Positions 36,701 through 48,300 of a stretch of DNA of 64,000 nt are shown here, in pieces. Numbering within the stretch: the first letter of the stretch is position 1; the number at the start of each line of letters is the position of its first letter. Source of the DNA: Flectonema sp. DT1601. Taxonomy: Eukaryota. The stretch lies in contig OZ025791.1 in the NCBI GenBank assembly GCA_964019425.1, positions 930,001-994,000 on the forward strand. The letters are read 5' to 3'. The position numbers and the translations under genes are program-made. Below the pieces are notes generated by a model. It had not been told where the DNA came from and made no database searches. It saw nothing but the letters and a program-made list of their open reading frames with translations.

Positions 36701-39700
36701 ATGACGGTTGTTGCAGCACTTGTTGCGATCGTACTATCTGACGTCTATCTTCACAATCCCAGAGGTAGTAATAATAAATTACACGAACAGAACAACAACG
36801 TTCAGAATAATCAAAGATTGTTTAATTCTCAGAATAACAATGCAGGAGGATACCAGGTAGGTGATTCCTGTGAACCGACTTGTAAGAATGGAAACGCTTA
36901 CAGTACAACAGCAAGTGGAAGTGCTGAAGGTAGAATTGGTTACTACGAAGGATCTAAACTAAGAATTGAGTACACTGATCAACATGGTTGTGGTGACAAT
37001 CCGAATGTTGTCTGTCAAGTCATTATTCAATACATGTGTTCACCATCACTAAGAGATGGAACAACAAGAACAAAGATTCCTGACAATGCGGACGCTCAAG
37101 ATGATCCGTCGTTTGGGATGCATGAGAATTATTTAGGTTATCAAAAATGTGAAAAAAGAGAACGCAACAAAGGACTCTACGCAGCTGATCGCAAAATTAA
37201 CAACAACGCCGGTGCGCGTGCTACTCGCCAACAACAAAATGGAAACACTCGAAGAGGATATGAATGTGAAGAAGAAAGAGACTACTATCCATACTGGCAT
37301 CCAACTCCATGGAATGACATCGCTGTTCTGACAGACAACTCAACAGAGAGCTGTCCGTACTATTTAAATGAAGCGGACACGTTACTTGGAGAATGTATTC
37401 CTCCTGACTTACCAGCATTGGGTCCTTCACAACTTCCTAATAACCCTCAGGCCTGTAAAGCAGAAGGCTATACTTGGGTACAACACGAAAGAAGTGAAAG
37501 ACAAAAACTAAAAATCTGTCGGAACGCTCCCTTCACAACAGATAATCATTTGGGTAATACAGATGAATCTAAAACACCGTACTTTGAATGGACGATTCCA
37601 GATTATGAAGAAGAATATCACAAGGGTGCAAAGTGTGTTCTTAGAGTTCGTTATAATATTTCGAGTATTGATCCAGGAATGGACTTCTTTACTGACTACA
37701 CGAAGAATGGTAAAGAATCTCCTGTAAAGAATAATCAGGTTCATGACTTCGTTGGTTTTGGAGAAATCTTAACAGAGAACCCAACAATCGATGTAACACT
37801 TATCAAGAGAGGAGCAAAAGTTAAAATGTCAACAAACACTAATCAGTTGGGAAGGACATTTCAAGACAGAACCCACGCCTTTTTAATTTATGAAAGACCA
37901 GAGTCACTGAAATCAGAAACTATTCATAATCTAAATGTCAAAGGAAGGAGAGGCAACATTGTTCAAACATACCCGGCAGTGCAGTACGACTTCACGCCAC
38001 TCGACTTGAGTGTTAAGAAGGGAGACTTCGTTCATATTCAATGGACTCACAGTGATGCCAACAGTAATGGAAATGATGGAAATGGTCGTCAGGGAACTGA
38101 TAGAACCAACATGGTACCTCTTCGTGATCTAGGAGATAACGTACCAATCAATACTGTTCAAGAACCTGGAACTCTGTTTTCTGAAGACCCAGAAACAATT
38201 CTATTCTTCGCCTACCTGTCACAAGAAAACTGTGCCGTGAACGCCAATGATAACGATGCTCAGAATTGTGCTGTCCTTAACAAAGCGTCACCGACGATAA
38301 ACGGAGGAGTTGTTCAAATGAACGTCGTTGGAAACCATCCATACATGAGTTCTCGTAATAATGATTTTAGTAACAGAGCACACAAGGGAATTATTAGAGT
38401 TGTGGAAACAAAGAATGTGCCTCTCACACCTGAAGAGCAGCAAATTCAACAAGAAGACAATCAGCGTCACGCGAAGAATATGAAATACGCGCTCATTGGA
38501 GCAGCGGTCTTGTCAGCTGTTGCTTCCGGTGGTTTACTTCTCAGAGGTTCTGGTGGAAGACATCTTCCAAAACATTTATTAATTCCATTAATGTTTGGGT
38601 TGTATGCCGTAGGGTATTCTCAACACTGTGAAGATAGTAGTGATCTTTGGTTTCCACTCGCAAAGGGTGCTGGTATTTCATTAAACTTCTTCATATCAAT
38701 CCTACTGGTTCCCTCACTAAGACATATCTTACCTTGGGTTACACAGAATGGCTCATCAATGATTAACCTCCACGTCTACTGTGCGAAGGTAACAGCATTT
38801 CTTATTGTGTTACATATTTTGTTTCACATTATTCACAATCAAAACGTTCATGAAAAGAGTAAGTCAACGAGTGGATACATCGCAACGGCGCTATTCTTTT
38901 TTATAATGTTTTGCTCATCACCGGGTTCTTCATTGTCCTCATTCTGTTGTTGTAAAAAATTACAAAGTCGCTATGACAGTCTTTACTACTCTCACAGATT
39001 CTACGTAGTAGCCATTGCTGTGATGCTGTCTCACTCTAAAGATTTTATAAAGTGGATAGCTGTACCGCTGTTGTTATTATTGATTGATAAAATAATTACT
39101 GTAAGAAAACTTACTGAGGCTGCTGTTATTGAGAAAGCTGAAATCTTAAAGGACGTTTTAAAACTAACAATCTACAAGAAGGGACTTCGTTATCGAAGTG
39201 GTGATTTTATTATGATGCAGCTGAAGGATAAGCAGAAAGGGAAACTGTCTGGAATCAGAAGGTGGATTGAAATCTTAGATATGTCTCACTCTTTTACTAT
39301 TTCATCATCACCCTCTGGGATTGAAAGAGATCGTTGCACAGTTCACATTCGATACAACAAAAGAATGGATTGGTGTCAACAGTTAGTTGACAATATATCT
39401 AATCAGAGTGATGATAAAAGTTTTGAACCAATTGAAGTAGCAATTGACGGACCGTTTCCATCGACTAGCAGTCAATACGCGAACTTTGATGAAGTTATTC
39501 TAATCGGTGCTGGGATTGGTATCACACCATTCTCTTCGATTATAAGTTCGACTGCAATTAAACATTCAACTGCACCAGAAGGTAGTTTAGAAATACAACC
39601 TGTTCACTTGTATTGGTTAGTTCACGATCATCAACAGTTCTCGTGGTTTTCAAATATCTTATCACCTGTTAGGAATCAACAGAGTAAGAACATTACCGTC

Positions 39701-39964
39701 ACTACCTACTTAACGGGTGACTTTGATGTTGAAACCTATGCAAAGGAAGGAGTTGATGGATGGGAGCTACAAAGAACTGGTCGTCCTGATTGGGGAAAAG
39801 TCATCCGTAGTCGTTGTGATCCCAGCAAACTATCTGACGGAACTCGAGTTGGAGTCTTCTTCTGCGGACCTGACTCATTGGCTGATGTTGTTGAAGCGAT
39901 CTGCCGAAAGGAATCGTCACAAAGTATTTCAATCTCATTCCATAAAGAGTCATTTGATTATTAA
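36701..39964 (+). CDS. DD3-3-like ectodomain fused to an NADPH oxidase / ferric reductase module
   Basis: Signal peptide then DVYLHNPRGSNN..RLFNSQNN..GGY, ECEEERDYYPYWHPTPW, GRTFQDR, GRRGNIVQTYPAVQYDF. C-terminal half has His-bearing TM helices, HSFTISS, IDGPF, LIGAGIGITPF, GRPDW, FFCGP, FHKESF. Confidence 0.85.
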   Translation: MTVVAALVAIVLSDVYLHNPRGSNNKLHEQNNNVQNNQRLFNSQNNNAGGYQVGDSCEPTCKNGNAYSTTASGSAEGRIGYYEGSKLRIEYTDQHGCGDNPNVVCQVIIQYMCSPSLRDGTTRTKIPDNADAQDDPSFGMHENYLGYQKCEKRERNKGLYAADRKINNNAGARATRQQQNGNTRRGYECEEERDYYPYWHPTPWNDIAVLTDNSTESCPYYLNEADTLLGECIPPDLPALGPSQLPNNPQACKAEGYTWVQHERSERQKLKICRNAPFTTDNHLGNTDESKTPYFEWTIPDYEEEYHKGAKCVLRVRYNISSIDPGMDFFTDYTKNGKESPVKNNQVHDFVGFGEILTENPTIDVTLIKRGAKVKMSTNTNQLGRTFQDRTHAFLIYERPESLKSETIHNLNVKGRRGNIVQTYPAVQYDFTPLDLSVKKGDFVHIQWTHSDANSNGNDGNGRQGTDRTNMVPLRDLGDNVPINTVQEPGTLFSEDPETILFFAYLSQENCAVNANDNDAQNCAVLNKASPTINGGVVQMNVVGNHPYMSSRNNDFSNRAHKGIIRVVETKNVPLTPEEQQIQQEDNQRHAKNMKYALIGAAVLSAVASGGLLLRGSGGRHLPKHLLIPLMFGLYAVGYSQHCEDSSDLWFPLAKGAGISLNFFISILLVPSLRHILPWVTQNGSSMINLHVYCAKVTAFLIVLHILFHIIHNQNVHEKSKSTSGYIATALFFFIMFCSSPGSSLSSFCCCKKLQSRYDSLYYSHRFYVVAIAVMLSHSKDFIKWIAVPLLLLLIDKIITVRKLTEAAVIEKAEILKDVLKLTIYKKGLRYRSGDFIMMQLKDKQKGKLSGIRRWIEILDMSHSFTISSSPSGIERDRCTVHIRYNKRMDWCQQLVDNISNQSDDKSFEPIEVAIDGPFPSTSSQYANFDEVILIGAGIGITPFSSIISSTAIKHSTAPEGSLEIQPVHLYWLVHDHQQFSWFSNILSPVRNQQSKNITVTTYLTGDFDVETYAKEGVDGWELQRTGRPDWGKVIRSRCDPSKLSDGTRVGVFFCGPDSLADVVEAICRKESSQSISISFHKESFDY

Positions 39965-40557
39965 AAACACTTCTCTTCGATTGGCGACACCTGACTGACA
40001 GGAATGAAGCGAATCGTACTTTTCGACTTATTCACAATTATTAGTTGAGATGGTTCCTTCTCAACTTCTCTTTTTAATTCTAATCACTATTCTAACTTGT
40101 ACCACCAACTAGCTCGAATCGATAATAGCCTTACTCAACTCAATTCCTAATTAGTTATTTGGAAATCTCTTTCTGTAGTGTAGTCGGTTATAACAACAGC
40201 AGAGAGTGACCCAACCTAATTTGGTAGTCAAATCAAAATATATTTCTCCCATGTAATGTGTGCTGCCGATCGCCTGATGTTCTGCAGGCTGTCGACGAGA
40301 TCTTCTAATTTATTTCTTAACGAGTTGATAGATCACATATTATTGAGTCTTGTATCCCTTTAAGAAGGAGGTTTGCAATACCCCGGGTTTTTTACTTTTC
40401 TTTTTTTAAAAAAAAGATTTAATTTGCACTTCACACTGTAGAGAAAAGAGTATAAGAAACATATCTATACTCGTTTTGAGTTCCTTAAAACACCCAAAGC
40501 CGGCATTGCAGTGGTATGAAAAAGAAAAAAAACATCTGCAGATTTGCTAATGAATGG

Positions 40558-40811
40558 TTAACTTGATTCTGATTGGAGCTCCCGAAGTGGTCGAAATTTG
40601 ATGACCATCTGCGGGACAAGTAGTATAAGATTAAGGCTCCTGAAACTACATATTCTATTACCCTTTGATGTTAGGAAACTGCAGAAATGAATACTTTTCT
40701 TTTACTAATCTCTACTTTTTCTTATTCTCACTTTTCTGTTCTAAAATTAATGATATTAACTTGATTCTCAATAGAGCTCCCGAAGTAGTCGAAATTTGAT
40801 GACCATCTGCG
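40558..40811 (+). repeat. Pair of ~55-bp direct repeats (40558-40613, 40756-40811)
   Basis: ttaacttgattct.a.t.gagctcccgaagt.gtcgaaatttgatgaccatctgcg occurs twice, 198 bp apart. Confidence 0.9.
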
Positions 40812-42643
40812 AGGGCTGATGTGTCATAAAGAATAAGATTTCTTTTCTTTTTCTTTTTATTTTCCCCTCAAACTGAATTCAGATTTCGAGGAGTAATTAT
40901 TTATTATGTTATGTCAAAAGAAAAAGAAAAAAAAAACATAAAATGCGATATTAGATAAAAAAAATAATAATAAATACTGTAACTATAAATAACATGGTAG
41001 CAACTTTGCATATAATAAAGATGGTTGGATTTGTCCATTTTTTGGAGATTTGGAGGCTTTTTATACACCATTTATAGTTACAGTAATATTAAGTTGAATC
41101 TGTTTTATCCGTGAGGACCCAGATAGAAATAAAAAAATAATATTTTTTTAATGTCACTTGTTTCGTTATACCTCTTTTCCTTTCTTAAATAAAAGCCCTG
41201 TTGTGTGCCCTAGCCTCCTCCCGACAGTTCGTTTTCGTAAACAGCAATCCGTATTCCTGTTTTACAATAATTAAATAAGGAAAAACCCATCTTGTCCTTT
41301 AATTGAAGTTGGGATAGTGCCGTTATTGGCAACTGTAAAAGTACCTGCAGTGAATAAACAGATAAGTTTCGATCTTTTTTTTTTTTTTTTTTTTCATTAT
41401 TTTTTGTTTTGTTTGTTTCGTGTTGTGAAAAAGATTGCCAATAAAAGCAACGATCATTAAAGTTCAGCATGACCAATAGTACAGTTGATTGATATCAAGG
41501 TTTTAGTTATGGCACTCAGTGTTTCACTACACCTAGCAAGCAGACTTGAAGTAAAATAAAAAATAAAATAAAATCCCGAGTCTCAATAGACACAAACAGA
41601 AAGGATTGGTTTCCGCTATACGACTGTGGAGTTATTTTTGACCTTTGCATAATTGTTTTTCCCGTTCCCTCCTTACCCTTTAGTTCTGTTTCCTGCTGAC
41701 CACCTTGGACGTTCTTGTGCAGAGATAAGTGTTAATGAACCAGTCCCAAACAGTTTATTAACATCGTCGTAGGGGAGTATGAGTGCGCCCAGTTTTTTTT
41801 TCCCTTTTTTTTTTTTCCCCACCTCTCTCCCATTCAACAGCGAGTAGTTGGGTTCTCGTTATCAACTGAAAGTCTTATTTACATGGCAACCAGGTTTGGC
41901 CAAATTCTATTTAATTTTAGCCAGTTTGAAGTTGTTTTTATGTTTTAGTAAAGTATCAAAACTATATCTCCCTTACTTTATTTGTTTTCTTAATATTCAA
42001 AATAAAATACCATTTTATCTGAGACAACACGTTGAAACTCTCTTTTCGTACCTTCGGAATCTGACAATGGAGGTGGCAATGTTTTCTGCGACTAGCTTCT
42101 TTTTGAAAGGCAGCACTCCGCTCTGCCTGGGTTCAAACCCCGAAACCTGAAGTTCTGAGTATTGGATCTCTGATTGTAAATAGCAACAAAAATCTTTTTT
42201 TTTTTTTTTTTTTTTTTTTTTTCCTCTTAATCTCAAATTAATACAATCCATTACCACCATTAATATAAACTTGCTCTTTTGATTATTCATTTGGGAATGC
42301 ATTGTTCTGAAAAAACTGAGCACCTCGTGCAAGGAAGGCTGATGGTTAGTTCACTTCCATTTAGTGCACACAAATATAACATTATTTCCGAGTACAAAAG
42401 CTACCGTAATGTTGTCATTGTTGGCTTGATAGATGGTATTGGATGGGTTCCATTGTTAGAACAATTTTTTTTTTTTACCTTTTGATAACTGAGAGTGTTT
42501 AATCTTTCAGGTTGTTTTAATAAAAATAGAAACATTTTACTTGACATGTGTTGAGATCTTCGCTTTGAGTTAGTTACCGCGCACTCCCTTAGCAATCAAC
42601 TCTTAATAATAATTATTCATTTGCGACAGTTTAGGTTAAGAAG

Positions 42644-44591
42644 ATGGGATGTGGAAAGTCAGCTCCAGCGAAAAGAACGGAGAACTACAAAGAAAAAAAG
42701 CGACGGGGAACGAAGACCGCTCTTCTTGTTGAGCCGCCTGCTGAACCCGTTCCGGATTCGCCAATTACGCGCATTGGTCAGTCGAAAGGAGGGGCTTACA
42801 CTGTATCTCAGTTATTCCCTCCCAAGACCGTATTGAAGACTGTAGAAACCTTAAAGTCACAATCCCAATCACATTTTACTTCGATATTAAAAGGAAGACA
42901 ACTATTAGAGCGGGGACCTCCAAATACCGATAAGTCACCGAATCCTATTTATTTTGCGTCTCATTTTACGCAGCATTTTAGTATGAACGTAGCCGACAAA
43001 GAAAAGGAGTCTTGCAGCTTTAAGGCACGTCAACCTGTTCGCATGCAACCATTAAAAGCATCCATACTTGCTGTTATTCGAGAGAGGTTAAAGCCGAGGA
43101 AACTGAACTCTTATCAACTTCGTTATTTAGCTGGATTCTCAACAAGGATTGGGAGTATGGCGTTGTCGTTCAACGATAAGTTTGTAGCTGTTTGTAGTGC
43201 AAAACTGATACCAAAAGCAACAAATAACAGTTCGTCAACTTGTATTCCGGGCAAGTATATTTCGCGGTTAGTTAAAGACATCCTACTTGTAGATGTTCGT
43301 ACAGGTACAACTGTTGGAAGATTTGTTGCCCACGGCACTGATGCGATTCCTCGTATGATGTTCTTCACTATCGATAATCAAGTACTTTACGCATGTTACT
43401 CGGAAGGAAGAATCATGACTTGGAATGTTGGCTCCCGAAAACCAGGAAAAGAACTCGTAACAGGAGATGAATTCGCATCTTTTGAAATTATTAATTGCGG
43501 ACACGTTTCAGCGAATGGGAAACACATTGTCATTGGTTGCGATGACTACGACACGGGCGAAGTCTGCGGGTGTGTTTCTCTCTTTCGGTCGTCAGATAGT
43601 AAACATTTATTAAATATGTTGGATCACAAGGTTTCTGTTACTGCTGTTGCTACGAATGACGAAGGATCAATAATTGCTTCAGCTGATGTATCTGGTGAGA
43701 TAATAATTTGGAATGCATCTGATGGTTCCTGGGTAGGTTCAATGCAATCTTATAGGACTCCAGTCTACACTCTCTTGTTTCTCAGTGATGATCGACTGTT
43801 GTCTCAGGATGATCGACATATCTTTGTTTGGTGCACTCATCAGTTTTCACTTCTGTACACTCGTTCTATAAGTGGAGTTCATGACAAATGTCCAAAACCG
43901 ATTTCTGTTGATGAGACATTACCTCCACCAGTAATTGTTCCAGGAGGAACTAAGCGGCCTCGACTTTATCGCTCAACTATTATTATACCTGGGAACCTGA
44001 TACTGGCATTTGGAACTTTGAATGAGGTTTGTATTTTTAACTTTTTTTTAATTTTTTCATCTCTAATAATGGGATGCTTGATGTGCATCCTGACATCCTT
44101 ACGTACATGGGAGCAGATCAAGTGTGATCATCACTCTCACTATCAACTGGTGTCAGATGACCTCCGTGTTGGAACTCCATCACTCCCGTAGTTGATATTT
44201 GTGACGAAGGTTGACTGTATCTGGGTAAGTTTCCTATCAGAGGGCTTCGTCTTTGGCTGTTCATCCGCTAGTAATTAGATTTCTTTTGTTTTTGGAGAAT
44301 TTTAGTCCATAGAAAATGCACTGCTGTCGTTGTTTACTCGTAAATAAATAACTAAAAACAGATTGAGATAATGAACTTTGAGTTGGACATGGTAATAGTC
44401 ATTCCAACAGGGAGCTATCCAATAACAAGTGCTGTCCCGGGTATCAACGTTGTTATGTTGGGAGACTTGTCGGGCAACTTGTTTGTGTTGGACCTGGAAA
44501 GCGTATGCGTGTTTTATTTTTTTTTGAGTTGGGAGAGTCAAAAATGATAATTAAAATAAAAAAACAGCCGAATAGCATACCGACGTACTAA
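42644..44591 (+). CDS. N-acylated (MGC) WD40 protein, three exons (42644-44026, 44362-44502, 44568-44591)
   Basis: DHKVSVTAVA...ASADVSGEIIIWN WD repeat. Two phase-0 GT-AG introns give an in-frame last blade (...VMLGDLSGNLFVLDLES) and PNSIPTY*. Confidence 0.75.
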
Positions 44592-44650
44592 TATGAACGA
44601 ATTCTTTATGATTTTTTTCAAATGATTTATGTAAGTTAAAATATATTCCA

Positions 44651-44683
<33 letters not shown>

Positions 44684-44973
44684 ATTCTGACGCTTGGCAT
44701 TCTGACTGCCTTTTAACTCTTTTTTTTTTTTTTTTTTTTTTGCGTTTTATTCCGCGCGAGAGATTTTCGATAATAATATCAATTAAGTATTATTGTGGTA
44801 TAGTTTTTTTTTTTTTTTCCGCTTACATTATTTTTTCTTATGATTCTTTTTCTAAGGAACCCAGTACTAGTCCAGGTGAGGAACAGACCAGGGGAGGAAA
44901 CTTTTAGCTGTTCTGACCCGTTCAATTGTCTGTCCGTAACATATCATATCACTCCCTCTGGTGGCCATTGTTG

Positions 44974-45028
44974 CACCATGCTGATGATGAGAATAGAGGT
45001 AGAGGTCAATGCACATCTTGAATACCTT
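44974..45028 (+). ncRNA. Decayed copy of the PLE hammerhead motif
   Basis: caccatgCTGATGAtgagaatagaggtagaggtc...gaatacct aligns to caccataCTGATGAgagagaatagaggtaagaggta...gaaacct (56181-56237). Confidence 0.65.
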
Positions 45029-45322
45029 GCGTAGTTTGCTGTTGTACGATAATTTTTTTCTCCCTTTCTGCTCTCATTAAGAGTTGTTTCTTTCACATCT
45101 CTTTTGCTAATTTTTTTTTTTTTTTTTTTTTCATTCTGTGATTTCCTTTTTTTTTTTATTTTTTTATATTCTCTTGTAAAATCCCTCTTTTCAGAGGTGT
45201 TCTAATTCTAACTTACACGAGAATCCGCCCTCTCTGTAGTTGTTAGTTTACTTTTTTTTTTTAAAAAGGTATTTTAGTTATTTATTTATTTATTGGTCTT
45301 TATCAACAGACTATACTTCGTA

Positions 45323-48300
45323 ATGATAACGCTAAAAGTCAGGATAGATAAATCAAAGCACACAATCGACTGCGATGAGTCAGATAATATTATGACCGTC
45401 AAGGCTAAGATTGAGACAAAAACTGGAGAACAAGTTAAGAAGAGGAGATTAATTTTCATGGGAAAAAGTCTCTCAGATTCAGATAAGATATCAGAACTTG
45501 GAATCAAGAATGGAAGTATACTTATGGTCACGGGTTGTGAGAATGAAGCGAATGCAATCGAAATTCCTGACCCTCCCAAAAAGACAACCGGCGCTAGCAC
45601 TTCTGAAATTCACATTAACCCAAACACTGATGTTGATATCATTCCTACAAATGATGAGATCGATGCAGAGCTCGCAGAAGCGATTCGAATGTCGACCGAA
45701 GCAACTCAACAAGAAGACGCAGATATCGATTCTGAACTTGCAGCAGCAATCGAACTGTCGAACGAAACTGCAGCTCAGATCTCTGAAGAAACAAAACCTA
45801 CTGAAGATTACAAAGAAGACATCGACTTTGAGCGTTTCAACAGCGACAATGTTGTTATAGACACGGACACTACTGAAGAGATTAATAAATATTATTCGGA
45901 GTTTAACAGATATGTCGATCCACAGTTTCCTCCCCTGCCGAAATCGCTCTATGTAGACCCGAAAGATGCTGAGAGATGGGTGTGCGCTAAGTGTTCTGGA
46001 CAGAATCTGTTACCACCAGTGTTTCAACCCCCAACAACAGAAGCAGAGGCTACACGTATTCAGGCAGGTCTTGATAACATTCGATGTAAAGTATGTGAAG
46101 TAGGGAAACCAACTCATGTTCAAATGGTAAATATAACGAATCGCCCTAGCGAATGGTTGCGTCCCGGAACTTCTTGTGAAGGATGCGAAATGATTATTCA
46201 AGCGCAAGGTATCAGAGATGTTGTTGGTGTTGTTTCAAGAAACTGCACACACTACATAAGAGATGATGTTACAAATAACACAGTTGGAATGCAATGGAAA
46301 GTTATTCGTCAAGAGCCTCGTCCTGAAGACGTCCTTCAAGGCTCACTTGGAAATTGTTGGTTTGGCGGAGCTCTGGGATGCATCGCACAGCGAACACACC
46401 TCGTCGAGAAGTTATTCATCACGAAGGAATACAATCCTGTTGGCGCCTACGTTTTACAACTCCACTACGCGGGTTCTTGGAAAAACATGCTAATCGATGA
46501 TACGTTCCCTTGTTCTAAATCGTGGGAAGGACGTATTGAAAATAACGGAAATACTATTTATTTCAGCAGGGGTGGCACCCTTTGCTACGCCAAGGTACGG
46601 AGACATCAGCTCTGGGTGCCGTTAGTAGAAAAGGCATCGGCTAAATTGTTCGGGAGTTACGGTGCGCTAAAGGGAGGCACACTCGGTGAGGCAATGCAAC
46701 TAATGACTGGTTACCCTTGTGAGCCAATTCCATTACAACTACCCCAGCACTTAAAAGAAAGAGCTGAAAAAATCAAGCAGTACCGCACTCAACTCCTCCT
46801 TGAGGGTAAGAACCCGGATGTAGAATTGGGTGACGTCGAAGATTATGAAGAAGATACGGAAGAAGACATAATTTGGTTTAAGATTCTATCGGCTAAGGAA
46901 GCAGGTTTTATTATTGGTGTCAGCTGTGCTTGTGATGAATCCGAGAAAACCCGTTACAACGAAGAGCTGGGATTGCAGTCACCTCACGCGTATGGTGTTC
47001 TTGACGTACGTGAAGTATCTTATCAAGGGAAGACTGTTCGCCTTCTTCAAATACGAAACCCTTGGGGAGAGAACAGCGTAAACACCTGGAAAGGCAACTG
47101 GGGAAAGACATGGCCAGGATGGACTCGTGAACTAAAATTAGAACTCGGAGTAGTCAACAAGGGAAATGTTAAAATGTACGATGAAATGTCGATATTTTGG
47201 ATAGAGTTCTCTGACCTTAAAAAATATTTTCGGATGGTTGACATTTGCAGAACCCATCCACCTCACTGGAGCAGAGTATCAGAGACTGGTTGGCTACCTT
47301 CAGAATTGGGACCTGGACAAGCCTTTGAAATCACAGTTTACAAAAGAACAAACGTCGATTTGATTTGTTGGCAGGAGAAACACATAACGAGGGAAAGCGA
47401 TACATCCAATATCGACGTCGGGTTCGCGGTTGTTCAGCTGTCGAACGTTGACGGCTCTACTCGCTGCATTGAATTTGTTAATCCATCGATTCAGGACCAG
47501 TGTAGTGTAGAAGTATCACTTGTTGGAGGATATCGTTATGTTATTGTTCCCTACTCTGCTGCGATGCTGAAGGCTGCAACTCTCGGGAAACCACTTCGAA
47601 GAGTTACCATTGTGGTCTACTCTGACAACCATGTTGCGATTCGTAAAATTGATCAATCTTGGACTGATATTTCGACATCTCTTAGTCGATGCATTGCTGC
47701 ACGTTGCAAGAGAAAACGACTTCGCGAGGACGGTGTGTTCAGCTGCACCACAAAGAGTGCGGGTGGAGGTCACCTCACCTGCGTCATTGAGAATTCTTCA
47801 TCGTCACCTGCAGTAGTCCAAGTAGACACCAACTGTTCGAATTGTTACACCTCGAGATTTAATAACTCTGGAGAGTGCGTCGCATTCATTCCTCCAAAGA
47901 CTGAGGCAGTTGTGATGTCGCTTGCGATTAGTCGGCAGGGGTCGTACAGTTTTCAGACTGCACTGCTGCCCGTAGAAAGCGCGGACTTCGCCGAACCTGC
48001 GACAGATCTTCATCAGCATGTTGAATTCCTGACCAGCTCTGAGATGGTTGCGGCTGTTGGGGAACCGTCTTCAGAAATCCTTTCTTTCCCTGATGCGAAT
48101 CCAGAGTTGTTTCTATCTGCTCCTGCTCTACCTGTTGGGGAAGAAGAGAGAACAGAAGAAGAGTTACTTCAGGAAGCAATCAATATGTCGATGGACAACA
48201 AAGTGGAGGAAGATGAGCAACTCTCAGAGGAAGAACAGCTCCGCCTCGCATTGGAAATGTCAAATGTAGAGGACAACATACCTTCGGCAGGGGATACATT

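Noticed and set aside
21841..40811. CRISPR-like interpretation of the direct-repeat pairs
   Set aside because: Only two copies each, long spacers, eukaryotic context and no cas genes.
42108..42145. T-loop-like gggttcaaacccc
   Set aside because: No D-arm, A-box or acceptor stem, so not a tRNA gene.
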